From Gekko japonicus (Eukaryota): a DNA stretch of 64,000 bases. The number at the start of each line of letters is the position of its first letter. Positions within the stretch are counted from its first letter, which is position 1. The notes beneath the pieces were generated by a model. The model did no database searches, had not been told where the DNA came from, and saw only the letters and a list, made by a program, of their open reading frames with translations. The stretch is from NCBI RefSeq assembly GCF_001447785.1, contig NW_015172553.1, forward strand, positions 787,737 to 851,736, given 5' to 3'. Positions 37,086 through 47,820 of this stretch are shown piece by piece. Made by a program: the position numbers and the translations under genes.

Positions 37086-39449
37086 TGGTCAGCTGCGTAT
37101 ATGATGTGAGAATCTGCTCCAAAGGCAACCAGGAAATCTCTCCTTATATATAATTCTGTTTTGGTCATGGACTCTCCTGAACGTTCCACACACTCCCAAA
37201 TCAGTTCACTCCCTAATCTGTCTCTCAGAAGCTGTCCCTATCCACTGGCTGCGTTGCCTGAGTCTCGCCTCCAATTTTCTAAACAGTTTGCTATTCCTCT
37301 CCCCCCAGTAGCCAGTCAGAACACAGAGGTCATTTGCATATGCAGCCTGATTGGCCTGATTGGAACCAGAAGACATGGCATAGGAGGAGGTGCTTTTCTA
37401 CCTTAGCTTCCACTGCATCACCCGCAACCAGCATCAGGGACTGTTGAAGTTCCCTGTACTTTTATAGAGCTTCTTACTCTGATGAGCTCAGAGTGTGTAT
37501 GTTGTTTCTCCCTACCCCTTTTATTTTCAAAACCATCTTATGAGGTAGTTAAGAAAAAGTGAGGACTTGAATCCTATGTCTCTTTCATCTGAGAACTAGT
37601 TGAACACTTTAACCATATTATGCTTTTTAAAACTACCCAGGACTTAAATACAATACAGATTAATATTTAATATAATGTACAACAGTTCCTCTTCAATTAA
37701 GCAAGTGTTTTTTCAGTTTAGTGCCAGAATGACAATGCAACTAAACAGAGACTACACAGTGAATGACATTAACTTCAAGTAAAATAAACAGGCAATAAAA
37801 CTGGGGGGGGGATCCTGGTGCTGGTTGCCCCCCATTATGAAGCTTCCAGTACTTCCTTTTTTTTTTACAGTGCAATCCTATGCTGAGTCAATGTCAGTGA
37901 CCCACATTTTTGAAAGAGCCAAAAACATTTTGGTCTCAAATCCTAAAATTATTTTTCAGTTGGGATCCTGCAATTTTCCCCTTGTACATAGTTCCTCCAA
38001 TAAGAAATGCTTGATCTAAATTGGCAACCAAAACATCATTTTTCTTCTTCACAGAAAGGAGAGACAAAGGCCTGCCAACATTATCACTATTGATAATCAA
38101 GAAATCAAGATGTTGACTTTCATACAATGTGCTGTTTCTGTAGTACCTAGAAATACTCCCAGTTATCCCATAGAAGCAGGACTAACAATGACTATGGTGC
38201 ACCATACCCTTTCCGAAGTAGTGCTACAACTGGTGTATGTACCATTAGTATTCTAATAACTGTCAGAAATGGTTGTCAGTACAGAGTTCAAGCCATTACT
38301 CATATGTAACTTTAAGCATTAACTTCCATACATAACAGAAAGAGGAAGTCTCTCTCTCTTACTTTTGTTTCCCTTTCTTAGGCAGAAAAAGCTAGGTATG
38401 CATGTGACACTACAAAAATATAAGCAATAAAGTTCAAAAAAGGCTAAGGAATAATATGGTATATTTATATAGTATTTAATGCCTTGCTGTTCTTGGCTTT
38501 GAGAAATGTGGATTTGTCAAAGAAATAAAGAATATCCTCTGCTTTACCATGAAAATAAATTTAATCCTCAGGAGTACCATACCAACAATGACCCCATGCC
38601 CATTTTATTACACTGCCTGTGAGGCAGATTTTAATCTGCATTATTTTTAATCCATTTTAAATAACCCCAACATTAGCAAGATCACTTTGGGGCACTAGAA
38701 CAGTGTGTTATTGGAGTAGAGCTGACACAAAGCTAGAACTGAAGCACTTCCAACTAGGTTGGAACCAATTTACTGGGCAACTGAACTTAAAAATGAAGAA
38801 GAGTCAACCAAACTCCAGATTTCAAACAGAGGAACTTAATATGATCTTCTAATGTAGCTTTTAGAAACAAAAACATGAGAACATGTCATAACAAGAGAAG
38901 ATGAAACATTCAAGATCCAAAGAAGTGAATTTTGGCATTGGAAATTTATATTCCTAAATTTGAGGTTAAACAGGAGGCAGATGCTAATTTCATAATACTG
39001 AATCATGTGACAAACATACAGAAATACATTCCATTTGAACCACAGCCCCGCCAACAGTGTGCAGAGGTGGCTTTATATATTTCACTGATCATTATTGGTA
39101 TAAGGTACCACCTATACAAAATGTTTTAAAAGCTCTCTCAGACTGATGCAGAATTAGATTTTAAAGGAAAAATGTTTCCAGACAGCATTCCATACTTCTG
39201 GAGACAATTCCATTTTAAGGTCCGTTTCCCCAGCATGATGTATAGCACTAGTTATACCACAGCTAATTTATATTAGACTCGGAATAAGGCTCATTGTGGA
39301 AATAAATACAACGGCCTCTAGAAAGAGGCTCTGAGAAGGAGCCCTGGCCTTGGGCACTCGGCAGGGTATAATGACACAGAGTCCACCATTTTCTCCAGGG
39401 GTAGTGATCTCTGCCATCTGGAGAGGAGTTGTAATTCTGAGTACAGTAA

Positions 39450-39638
39450 AGTCTTTTTCTGCAGTGAGGACCAAAGCAGCTTACATCATTCTCCTCTCCC
39501 CATTTTGTTCTGCACAACCACCCTGTGAGGTAGGTTAGGCTGAAAGCCTGTGACTGGTCTGAAATCACCCACTCAGCTTCCACAGCAAGAGCCTGGGTCT
39601 CACAGACCCTGCTCTGAAGTGCTATGCCACACTGGCTG
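39450..39638 (-). mobile_element. Older Squam3-like SINE
   Basis: acaaccaccctgtgaggtaggttaggctga...ccacactggct is the reverse complement of the family seen at 61289. Confidence 0.65.
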
Positions 39639-39748
39639 TCCTAGTTGAGAACCAGTTTGGAGTAATGGTTAAGAGCGTAGACTCTAATCTGAAAGAATGG
39701 TGTTTGATTCCCCATTCCTCCACATGCAGCTGCGGTAAACCACTCTAA

Positions 39749-42612
39749 GGCTGCGGTCACACGGAGCATTTGCTGCACTGACGATACGGAGGATAGGCGG
39801 ATTTTCCAGGCGCGATCACACCACAACATCTGGGAAGCGTAGAGCTCCCATGGCTAACCCGAGGCTTCCCGCTGAAGATGCGGAGTAAAAAAACTAGTAC
39901 CTCCGAGGTACTAGTTTCTGGAAACCGCAGGCCAAGGGCGGGCGTCTGATCATGTTTCCAGTAGACTTACGTGGCATCCGGCACCCGTCTCTGCAGGTTG
40001 CGCAACAGCGCCCAACAGTGCATGTGCACAAAGAGCGATTGCTAGTGCAATCACGCGGCGTGGCTTCTGTGCCACGCTGCAGGATACCCGTCTGGTTGGC
40101 ATCTCCCCCCTAACCATGGGACCTCGACCGGGACGTGTGCTCGGGCGGCAGCGCATTAGTTTCCTCCGGGGCAATTTTTTTTAAAATTTTTTTTTATTCA
40201 TTTTAAAATAATCATTAACAACAATTAACATCAAAAGCATTAAACAAGCAACAACAAGCTATAAAGATCAAGTAGCCTCAAAAGTCTATTATGTAACAGT
40301 AAAAACTATTTTAACATTTTTGAGCATTTAATGACCAATAATGAAGAGTATTAAGTGCTGGTAATTATGCTACCTCTGTCAGAAAAGCGAGTGTGAGGAC
40401 TAGATTAGAACTGGATCTTAGATGCAGAGTGTACAATAGAGAGCTAGAAGAAAAGCCAAGAAGAGTAAGTAGTATTAGTGGGAAGAAGTTCAGCTTCTGT
40501 CATGTACTGCAGCCATGGAAACCACGTGCGTACAAACCTAGAGTAGGTCATGGCGGTGCCAGAACGTTGCCTTTGAGTTGAGTCAGAGATTTTGCACATA
40601 ATAAACTGATCCCATACTTTATGTCTCCACATGGTCAGCGTTGGAGGAGAGGCAGACTTCCAGGTGGTAACTATGGCCAGACGGGCCGCTGCCAGCAAAA
40701 TCAAGGTAAGTTATAACTATATTGTGAATCAGGTGCTTTTTGAATTTGAAGTAGAATAACTTCTGGTTTANNNNNNNNNNNNNNNNNNNNNNNNNNNNNN
40801 NNNNNNNNNNNNNNNNNNNNNNNNNNNNNNNNNNNNNNNNNNNNNNNNNNNNNNNNNNNNNNNNNNNNNNNNNNNNNNNNNNNNNNNNNNNNNNNNNNNN
40901 NNNNNNNNNNNNNNNNNNNNNNNNNNNNNNNNNNNNNNNNNNNNNNNNNNNNNAGATGATGTAGGCGATCAGGTGTGTAGTACCAGCGGGTAATCAGTTT
41001 AAATGTTTGATGAATATTGAAGACCTTAAAGACCTTCTTTGAAGAGTTCCAGCAGGATAAACCACTGCTCATTCATCAGTGATATTTGAAGATCTCGTTC
41101 CCAAGCTTTCTGGTAGGTGGAGATATATGAACTATCATGTTCTATCAAAAGCTTATATATCTTAGAAAGGGTTCCTTTGTTTGAGTCTGGGTAGCTCTCC
41201 AGAATCATTTCAAATGTTGTCAAGTCTTTTGAATATCCCTTTCTCTGCTAGTGCTTCCGTGAGGCTCTTAATCTGATAGTATTGAAGCCATGAGATGATA
41301 TGACCAGTATGTTCTTCAAAATGAGATTTGCTGTGAATCTTTCCATTCCTAGTTAGATGTTGAAGTCTAGTGAAGCCTGCATCTTGCCAGATCTTGAATG
41401 AGTTTGGCTCCATCCCCGGCATGAACCATTGCTGAGAGGTAAATGTGGATAGCGGGGATATTGAAGGAGCTATGCACTTCTGTCTGCGATCCCAAATTTT
41501 CAGCATTGTGTATAAGAATGGATTGTCAAGAAGGCTGGAGGGTCGACGTGAAGCTGGAATCCAAAAGATTTCTTGGAGTTTAAATGGAGACACGTATGAT
41601 TGTTCAATCTGCACGTGCTTCCGGTTGTAATTGCGACATTTTAGGAATGTTGGAAAGAAGAGCTGCATGGTAATAGGTTTGAAGTCGAGGCATGTTAAGA
41701 CCTCCCAGTGTCACAGGCTTAAAGAGAGAGTGACTGTCTATGCGAGATTTCTTGTAATTCCATATAAAGCGTTGAATCTCTTTCTGCCAGTTGTTCAGAT
41801 CTTTCCCTGGTATGAATATCGGCAGCGTTCTGAAAAGGAACAGAAAGCATGGAAAAACAAACATTTTAATTAATTGAACACGATCCACTAAAGAGAGCTA
41901 AAGTGCGTTCCATTTTCTCATCTTCTCTTTAGACTCAGCAAAAGTTTTATAATAATTGCATACCAACAAATTGTGTAGATCAAGAGGAATCTGGACTCCG
42001 AGATGTCTCCAAGTATCTTCCACCCATCGAAATGGCATAGATTCAAGTAGTTTTGACCGGGTTTTACTGGAGAGAGTAATAGGGTAGATTTCTGATTTTC
42101 TGGTGTTCAGGCATAGACCGGACAATGCTCCAAATCAAGAAAGAGTAGCTTGAATGCCAGGTATAGACCGTTCAGGATCAGAAATATAAAGGGTAATATC
42201 ATTGGCATACATTGTTAATTTATGTTCTTGCCCGTTAATGCAGATACCAGCAAACTTCTGGTTGTGATGCAGTTCATTCGCTAGCGGTTCCACTGCAAGC
42301 ACGAATAGCAGTGGTGAGAGGGGACACCCCTGCCTGGTTTCTCTGGATGGAAAGAAGAAGTTTGAGTTGTAGCCGTTCACTCATATTCTAGACTTAGGGT
42401 GAGCATATAATGTTTCTAAGGTGTTGAGAAAGTTCTGGCCAAAGCCCATTTTTTCTAGAAGCCTGAGGAGATAAGGTATTTCTAAAGAATCAAAGGCTTT
42501 TTCAAAATCTAAAGCCAGAATTACAGATTCAGTAGGAGAGGCTTTCCCAGTTCCTCCGGGGCAATTAGCCACGCCTCCCCACCCGCGATATCCGGCCCGT
42601 GTGACCGGGGCC
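39749..42612. mobile_element. PIF/Harbinger-like MITE (copy 2) split by L1
   Basis: TIRs ggctgcggtcacacgg / ccgtgtgaccggggcc; TSD TAA at 39746-39748 and 42613-42615. Confidence 0.88.
40177..42550 (-). mobile_element. 5'-truncated L1 LINE
   Basis: LALDFEKAFD, TRQGCPLSPLLF, YAND, GGLNMP, TRWYYTPDRLH; poly(T) on + at 40175-40195; 16-bp TSD TTCCTCCGGGGCAATT (40161-40176, 42551-42566). Confidence 0.93.
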
Positions 42613-42764
42613 TAAGACTCCTTTGGGTAGTGAAGAGTGGGGTAGAAATCCAATCTCTTCTTCTTCTAGAGGGGCTCCTCAAGGTGAAGAGGAGCAAGCA
42701 GCCACTTCTAGTTGTCATGCCAGTCAGGTGTCATCAAGCCACCCATAGGCTGCTGCCAGGCCTC

Positions 42765-42953
42765 GGGTAGCCAACCTCCAGGTGGAGCCTGAAGATCGCT
42801 TAGTATCACAACTGAACTCCAGACAACAGATCTCTCTCCTCCTGGAGAAAATACGTGCTCTGGAGGGTGGACTCTATGGCATTCTATTCAGCTGAGGCCT
42901 TCTCCCCTTCCCAAACTCTCCAGAAATTCCCCAGTCTGGAGCTGTCAACCCTA
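42765..42953. mobile_element. hAT MITE (TAGGGTTGCCA family)
   Basis: gggtagccaacctccaggtgg...ggagctgtcaacccta. Confidence 0.75.
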
Positions 42954-43324
42954 GTTAGGACTGGCCCCAATGAGTTTTCTCTCAAAGGCCAAAATAGGCC
43001 TGGAAAGGGCATCCTGCTCCCCCCCTTCCCTGACAGAACCAAGCATGGTTGCCTAGCAACAGCCAGTGAAGGGAAAGTTTGCCTAGCAGCAGCAGGAGGT
43101 GAAGCGTCCATCAGGAGAGACAGTCGTTTTGGCAGTTTATTCTGTCAGGGAATGGCCAAGCCAGCAATGGGAGGGGGAGAGGAGCTTACCCAGCACCCAG
43201 CCAATGGCACGCAAGTACTCTTGAGTGGCTGTTGATGGGCCAATGGTTGATGGTGCGCACAGCATAGCCAATGGGAGAGCCAGAAAGTGCCAATATGCAA
43301 GGCTTTTACATATATATATAGGAT
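42951..43324 (-). mobile_element. Possible second-family non-autonomous Helitron
   Basis: Minus strand starts A|TCCTATATATATATGTAAAAGCC and ends with an imperfect hairpin then CTAG. Confidence 0.45.
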
Positions 43325-43395
43325 ACATAAAGACTGTTACACTTGGACATACCATCAGTTCAGGAAAGCATATCAGCAACAATTTTTGTTATTAT

Positions 43396-43800
43396 CTTGT
43401 CAAGTCAAGTCAACCTTTATTGGCATATATCAGTAAATCAAAGCCACTATAAAATATACAAGTAGAGAGACACTGTATTACAAACACATTAAATAAAATC
43501 ATAAGTTACAGCTGTATTTTTTCTTGGTGCAGCAACATGGCGGACTGAAGGAACTTAGCCACCTTCTCGGTTACTTCAAAAGAGGAATCATTCAAATGGT
43601 TGTAAACTTTGTGGGAATCTGAAAAACGCATCATGTTGGCCAATATAGAGTTTAGATATTTAGAATGTATATTTACATAAAAGTGATAGTACAACAAAAC
43701 ATGTAGGATCGTCTCAACACATCTAGATTTACAGCGGCAATGTCTAGCCACATACGCTGTCTTATTGAATCTGCCATACAGAATGGTATATGGCATGGCA
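43396..43800 (-). mobile_element. RTE-X-like LINE 3' fragment (second subfamily)
   Basis: GRFNKTAY..RHCRC...VETILHVLLY...VAKFL; (ACTTG)n tail. Confidence 0.7.
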
Positions 43801-44069
43801 TGGTTATCTTGTCATGGTCGATGGACTCAAGAGAACCACTGTAGAGCCCCCTCTGTGTAGTTTTGAGCACCACATGTAAAAGTACAAATAAATGATGCTG
43901 GGAGCTATTCTAATCAGTTACTCATCGTTCATATCCTTTATGACTGCCTCAAATGTTTTAGTTACCATGCATTTACTTTATTGAGATAGGAAGCACTATT
44001 ATCCAGGTAGGAAGCACTATTTATTAAAAAAAAACTAGCAACAGTCAGGAATATTTCTGACCCCATCAT

Positions 44070-44269
44070 TAGGGTTGCCAACATGCAGGTGGGGCCTGGA
44101 GTTCTCCCAGAATTACAACTGATCTCCAGACTACACAGATCAGCTCTCCTGGAGGAAATGGCAGCTTCGGAAACTGGACTCTATGGTATAATGTCCCCTT
44201 CCCAAACTCCGCTCCCAGGTACCACCTCCAAATCTCCAGGAAATTCCTAAAGCAGCATTTTCAACCCTA
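44070..44269. mobile_element. hAT MITE (TAGGGTTGCCA family)
   Basis: tagggttgccaac...tcaacccta; degenerate TSD cccatcat/cccaccct. Confidence 0.8.
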
Positions 44270-45378
44270 CCCACCCTGCAGGAGACTACCAGAGCTCCAG
44301 GAAAAAGATATGATGATCTATGGAGGTTTCCATACATATACTGTGCAACACAGACCTTTGCTAATGTATTTGATATTTTAAAAGCATATTGTTATTAAAC
44401 AGGAAGAAGCTGGAGTCACAACTTCCCTTGCAAGGAAATACTCTGAACATATCAATTTCCTTTGAAAAGGTTAGGCATAACTGATAACACAAGGAAATTT
44501 TAACCTGACAATTTATAAAAGAGATCTGCTGGATCACATCAATGATTCAACTAACCCACTGGGTGACTCCAACTTCACCCATCAGTGGCCTGGTCCTGAT
44601 TGGACATATGATTAGACATTGGACTGATTTAACATCTGATCTCTCTGCTTCACAGTGCTTTATGATCTCTCTGCTTTATGATATTATTATGTGCAAATTG
44701 TTATTTTAACATTATTCTAATTGTATTATTTTAATTGTTGTACACCACCCTGAGCCTGTTCGGGGAGGGTGGTACATAAAGCCAATAAAATAAATAAATA
44801 AAAATAAAATTCCCATATTGGCTGACCAAATGCCCCAGAAAGGACATAAAGGTAAAAACCTTTCCTGTGGCTGCCCCCCAGATCTCCACTGTTTGGCTGC
44901 ACAAATCTAAAAGATCTTCCCACAAATCAGCATGGTTCGGAATCCCAAGTTGGTAGAGAGGAAGCAAGTTCCATTTTACCCAGCCACCTGAATTCAGATG
45001 TCACAGCAAATTGGAGTTTGGCCGAAGGCTTCAAAACCTGAGAGGAGAAAGAACAAAGCTCACAGGCACAGAAGACAAGCAGAAGACAAGCATTATGAAC
45101 AGAGGTTCATTGTGACATCCGACTGTGGTCACAGAGCAATTTGTGAAGACCTATATATAGCGGTCTTCTGAATGACAGGAGCCAATTTTTTTTTTATTAC
45201 AAACATTTGTATCCCATGTTCTTAATAAAACTTATTCTTGAGGCAGCCTATATGTGCATTTTTTAAAATCTTCTATAGCACAGCAATAGCATTAAAAACC
45301 TAAGTAAAACTGATTTTAAAACCTTTAAGGTCAGCAATAAAATCAGAAGTGGTAATAATCAATGCTTAAGGAATAAAT

Positions 45379-45552
45379 TGAAGGTCAAAGAAGACGGGGA
45401 CGGCAAAGGACGAGATGGTTAGACAGTGTCATCGATGCAACGAACATGAAATTGAGCCAACTTCAGAGGACGGCGGAAGACAGGAGGGCCTGGCAGGAGC
45501 TGGTCCATGGGGTCGTGAAGAGTCGGACTCGACTGTGCGACTGAACAACAAC
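45379..45552 (+). mobile_element. BovB/RTE LINE 3' fragment
   Basis: EGQRRRGRQRTRWLDSV...VHGVVKSRTRL; (CAA)n tail; 11-bp TSD AAGGAATAAAT. A tiny minus-strand tail is also at ~32463-32491. Confidence 0.9.
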
Positions 45553-45587
45553 AAGGAATAAATATTTCACTATAAGCAGGCCACTCT

Positions 45588-45800
45588 GACCTGGATGGCC
45601 CAGGCTAGGCCTATCTCATCAGATCTCGTAAGCTAAGCGGGGTCACCCTGGTTAGTATTTGGATGGGAGACTCCCAAGGAATTCCAGGGCTGCTACACAA
45701 AGGCAGCCAGTGGCAAACCACCTCTGTTAGTCTCTTGCCTTGAAAACGCTACAGGTCCACCATAAATTGGCTGCAACTCAACGGCACTTACACGCACACA
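45588..45800 (+). mobile_element. 5S rRNA-derived SINE (5S-Sauria-like)
   Basis: 5S-like agctaagcggggtc...ctggttagtatttggatgggagac (box A/C) fused to a non-5S body and an RTE-like tail. Confidence 0.8.
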
Positions 45801-46136
45801 AGCAAGGCAAGAAACAAAAAGAAAAAAGAAAAATGAACAAAAGGCCTAGGAAATAGAGATGTTTTCATCTGGAGCTTATAAAGTCTTTCACGCTCTACAA
45901 TTTCCCCACACAAAACCTGCTGGACAGAACATTTACAGGACTTATTCAAATTAAAGATGAACTTTCTCACTAAAACATGTTCTTCTTTCACTAAATCATC
46001 GCACTGAAAAGAGCAATGGAACATGGTACCACGGTTAAATTTTCAGTCTTCTCTATTCTTCCTGACTTCCATTACATCACAATGCACATCCCCATACTTA
46101 TCTGTTAGTATTACCTTGTTGCAGATTCTGAATTAA

Positions 46137-46352
46137 TAGGGTAGCCAGCCTCCAAGTGGGGCCTGGAGATCTCCTGGAATTAGAACTGACCTTCAGGTGA
46201 CAGAGATCAGTTCCTCTGGAGGAATTGGCTGCTTTGGAGGGTGGACTCTATGGGATTATACCCCACTGGGGTTTTGCCCTCCCCAAACTCCTCCCTCTAT
46301 AGGCTCCACCCCCAAAAGCTGCAGGTATTTCCCAACCCAGAGCTGGCAACCA
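46137..46352. mobile_element. hAT MITE (TAGGGTTGCCA family)
   Basis: tagggtagccagcctcc...gagctggcaacc. Confidence 0.78.
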
Positions 46353-46825
46353 GGTATTCCCTAACTCAGACCTGGTAATGTACATATTACCTCCTGGAAC
46401 AACATTTCATATTTGCTTCTTTATCCAAAACTATTGGTCATTGCTCAAAAACTTTCAGATAGAAGGTTGGCTTCACTTTCAAAGGGAATGTCATCATATT
46501 TCATTGGTTTGTGCAGTTGCTGGAATTTTGCTTGCATGGAATTACAAACTTTGATAAGAGCAGCTTTTCAAACCTGGCCATGCATCTGTCAATGTTGACT
46601 TCATTTACACTACAGTTAGAATAAGAGCCTTCACACTCAAAAGTTAGCCATCCCTGGTTTATAGTAACCATTTTCTTGTAATGCAGGCAAGACTGCATTT
46701 GTAATACATGTGCAAGAATGCTGATCAGCACCTCACTTAGTTAGTACCTTCATCATTGGGCTATGACCCTTGCACATGAGCAAAAAAATGCCCTTAGCAA
46801 AAAAAGTTAACATATCAGTAACACA

Positions 46826-47010
46826 CCCAGTGGCACCTTAAAGATTAACAAGATTTATTTTGGCATAAACTTCATCCTGGAGAGCCCAGGCTAGCTCTAC
46901 TTGGTCAGATTTTGGAAACTAAGCCGAGTTGGCTCTGGTTAGTGTTTGAATGGGAGACCACCCAAAAAAAAAAAAGCTTCATCAGTCAGAGCTCACTTCA
47001 TCAGATGCAC
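46826..47010 (-). mobile_element. Penelope-like terminal fragment interrupted by a 5S-SINE head
   Basis: ccagtggcaccttaaagattaacaa...gagctcacttcatcagatgc. Confidence 0.65.
46877..46973 (+). mobile_element. Poly(A)-tailed 5S-SINE head retrocopy
   Basis: 5S-like head ending gggagaccaccc plus an A tract; TSD aaacttcatc/aagcttcatc. Confidence 0.7.
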
Positions 47011-47239
47011 TGAAGTGCCCATCCATTACACAGATTAGATTTTACACTAATTCCACTTGACCTATCTATCAACAGTTGGGAATGGTCCACACCTACTCTG
47101 AGTGGCTTGATTAAATCTTGTTTTAAAATGGCCTCTCTTCATAACGTCCCTCCCTTCCCATGTTTCTGATGTTTGCAGCCTTTACTATAAATTCAGTCAC
47201 CAACCTTTTCTTTAATGACAGCTATTTCTGAATAACCTT

Positions 47240-47441
47240 GACCTGGATAGCCCAGACTAGCCTGATCTCATCAGATCCTGGAAGCTAAGCAGGGCCGACC
47301 CTGGCTAGCATTTGGATGGGAGACCTCCAAGGAATACCAGGGTCATGACACAGAGGCAGGCAATGGCAGACCCTTGGAAAGTCTCTTGCCTTGAAAACCC
47401 TACAGGATCACCATACGTCAGCTGTGACTTGATGTAAAAAA
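47240..47441 (+). mobile_element. 5S rRNA-derived SINE (5S-Sauria-like)
   Basis: cctgatctcatcagatcctggaagctaagcagggcc...tggatgggagacc...ggaatacc, same body as the copy at 45588. Confidence 0.82.
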
Positions 47442-47719
47442 ATTAATCTGAATAATGAAAACTATCCCAAACTACTTCCTTCTCCCCCAAGCCTGTTACT
47501 AACTTTTGCTTTGTCTTAGAAACAGACCACTGCGGCCTAGAAGTGTACCAATAAAGCTATTAGCTGAGCACCAAAGAGAAAAATACTATAGAGGAAAAAT
47601 ATTTTTAAAGGACTACAGCAGATCATTTCATGGATCTTCAAAGGGCTACACAAACTACCCTGCAGCAGCAGAAAAACTGCTAGTAACTCATGAACTACCT
47701 GAGAGACCCCTGCTTCAGT

Positions 47720-47820
47720 GTATCTGATAAAATGAGCTCTGACACACAAAAGCTTATACTGGAATAAATTCTATTCGTCTTTAATTTGCTGTTACAGGCT
47801 AACATGGCTACCTATCTGGC
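47720..47820 (+). mobile_element. Degenerate Penelope-like terminal fragment
   Basis: tctgataaaatgagctctgacacacaaaagcttatac...aacatggctacc. Confidence 0.55.

Larger units (their letters stand above)
39649..42667 (+). mobile_element. Squam3-like SINE (39649-39748 + 42613-42667) split by a Harbinger MITE
   Basis: tRNA-like head ccagtttggagtaatggttaag...gtttgattcccc; tail aaatccaatctcttcttcttct after the insert. Confidence 0.8.

Noticed and set aside
46470-46520. YDDIP motif resembling the TMEM230 C-terminus
   Set aside because: Flanking residues do not match; a chance 5-residue hit within the intron.
45600-47345. 5S rRNA genes
   Set aside because: They lack the true 5S 5' end and terminator, are diverged, and are fused to SINE bodies.
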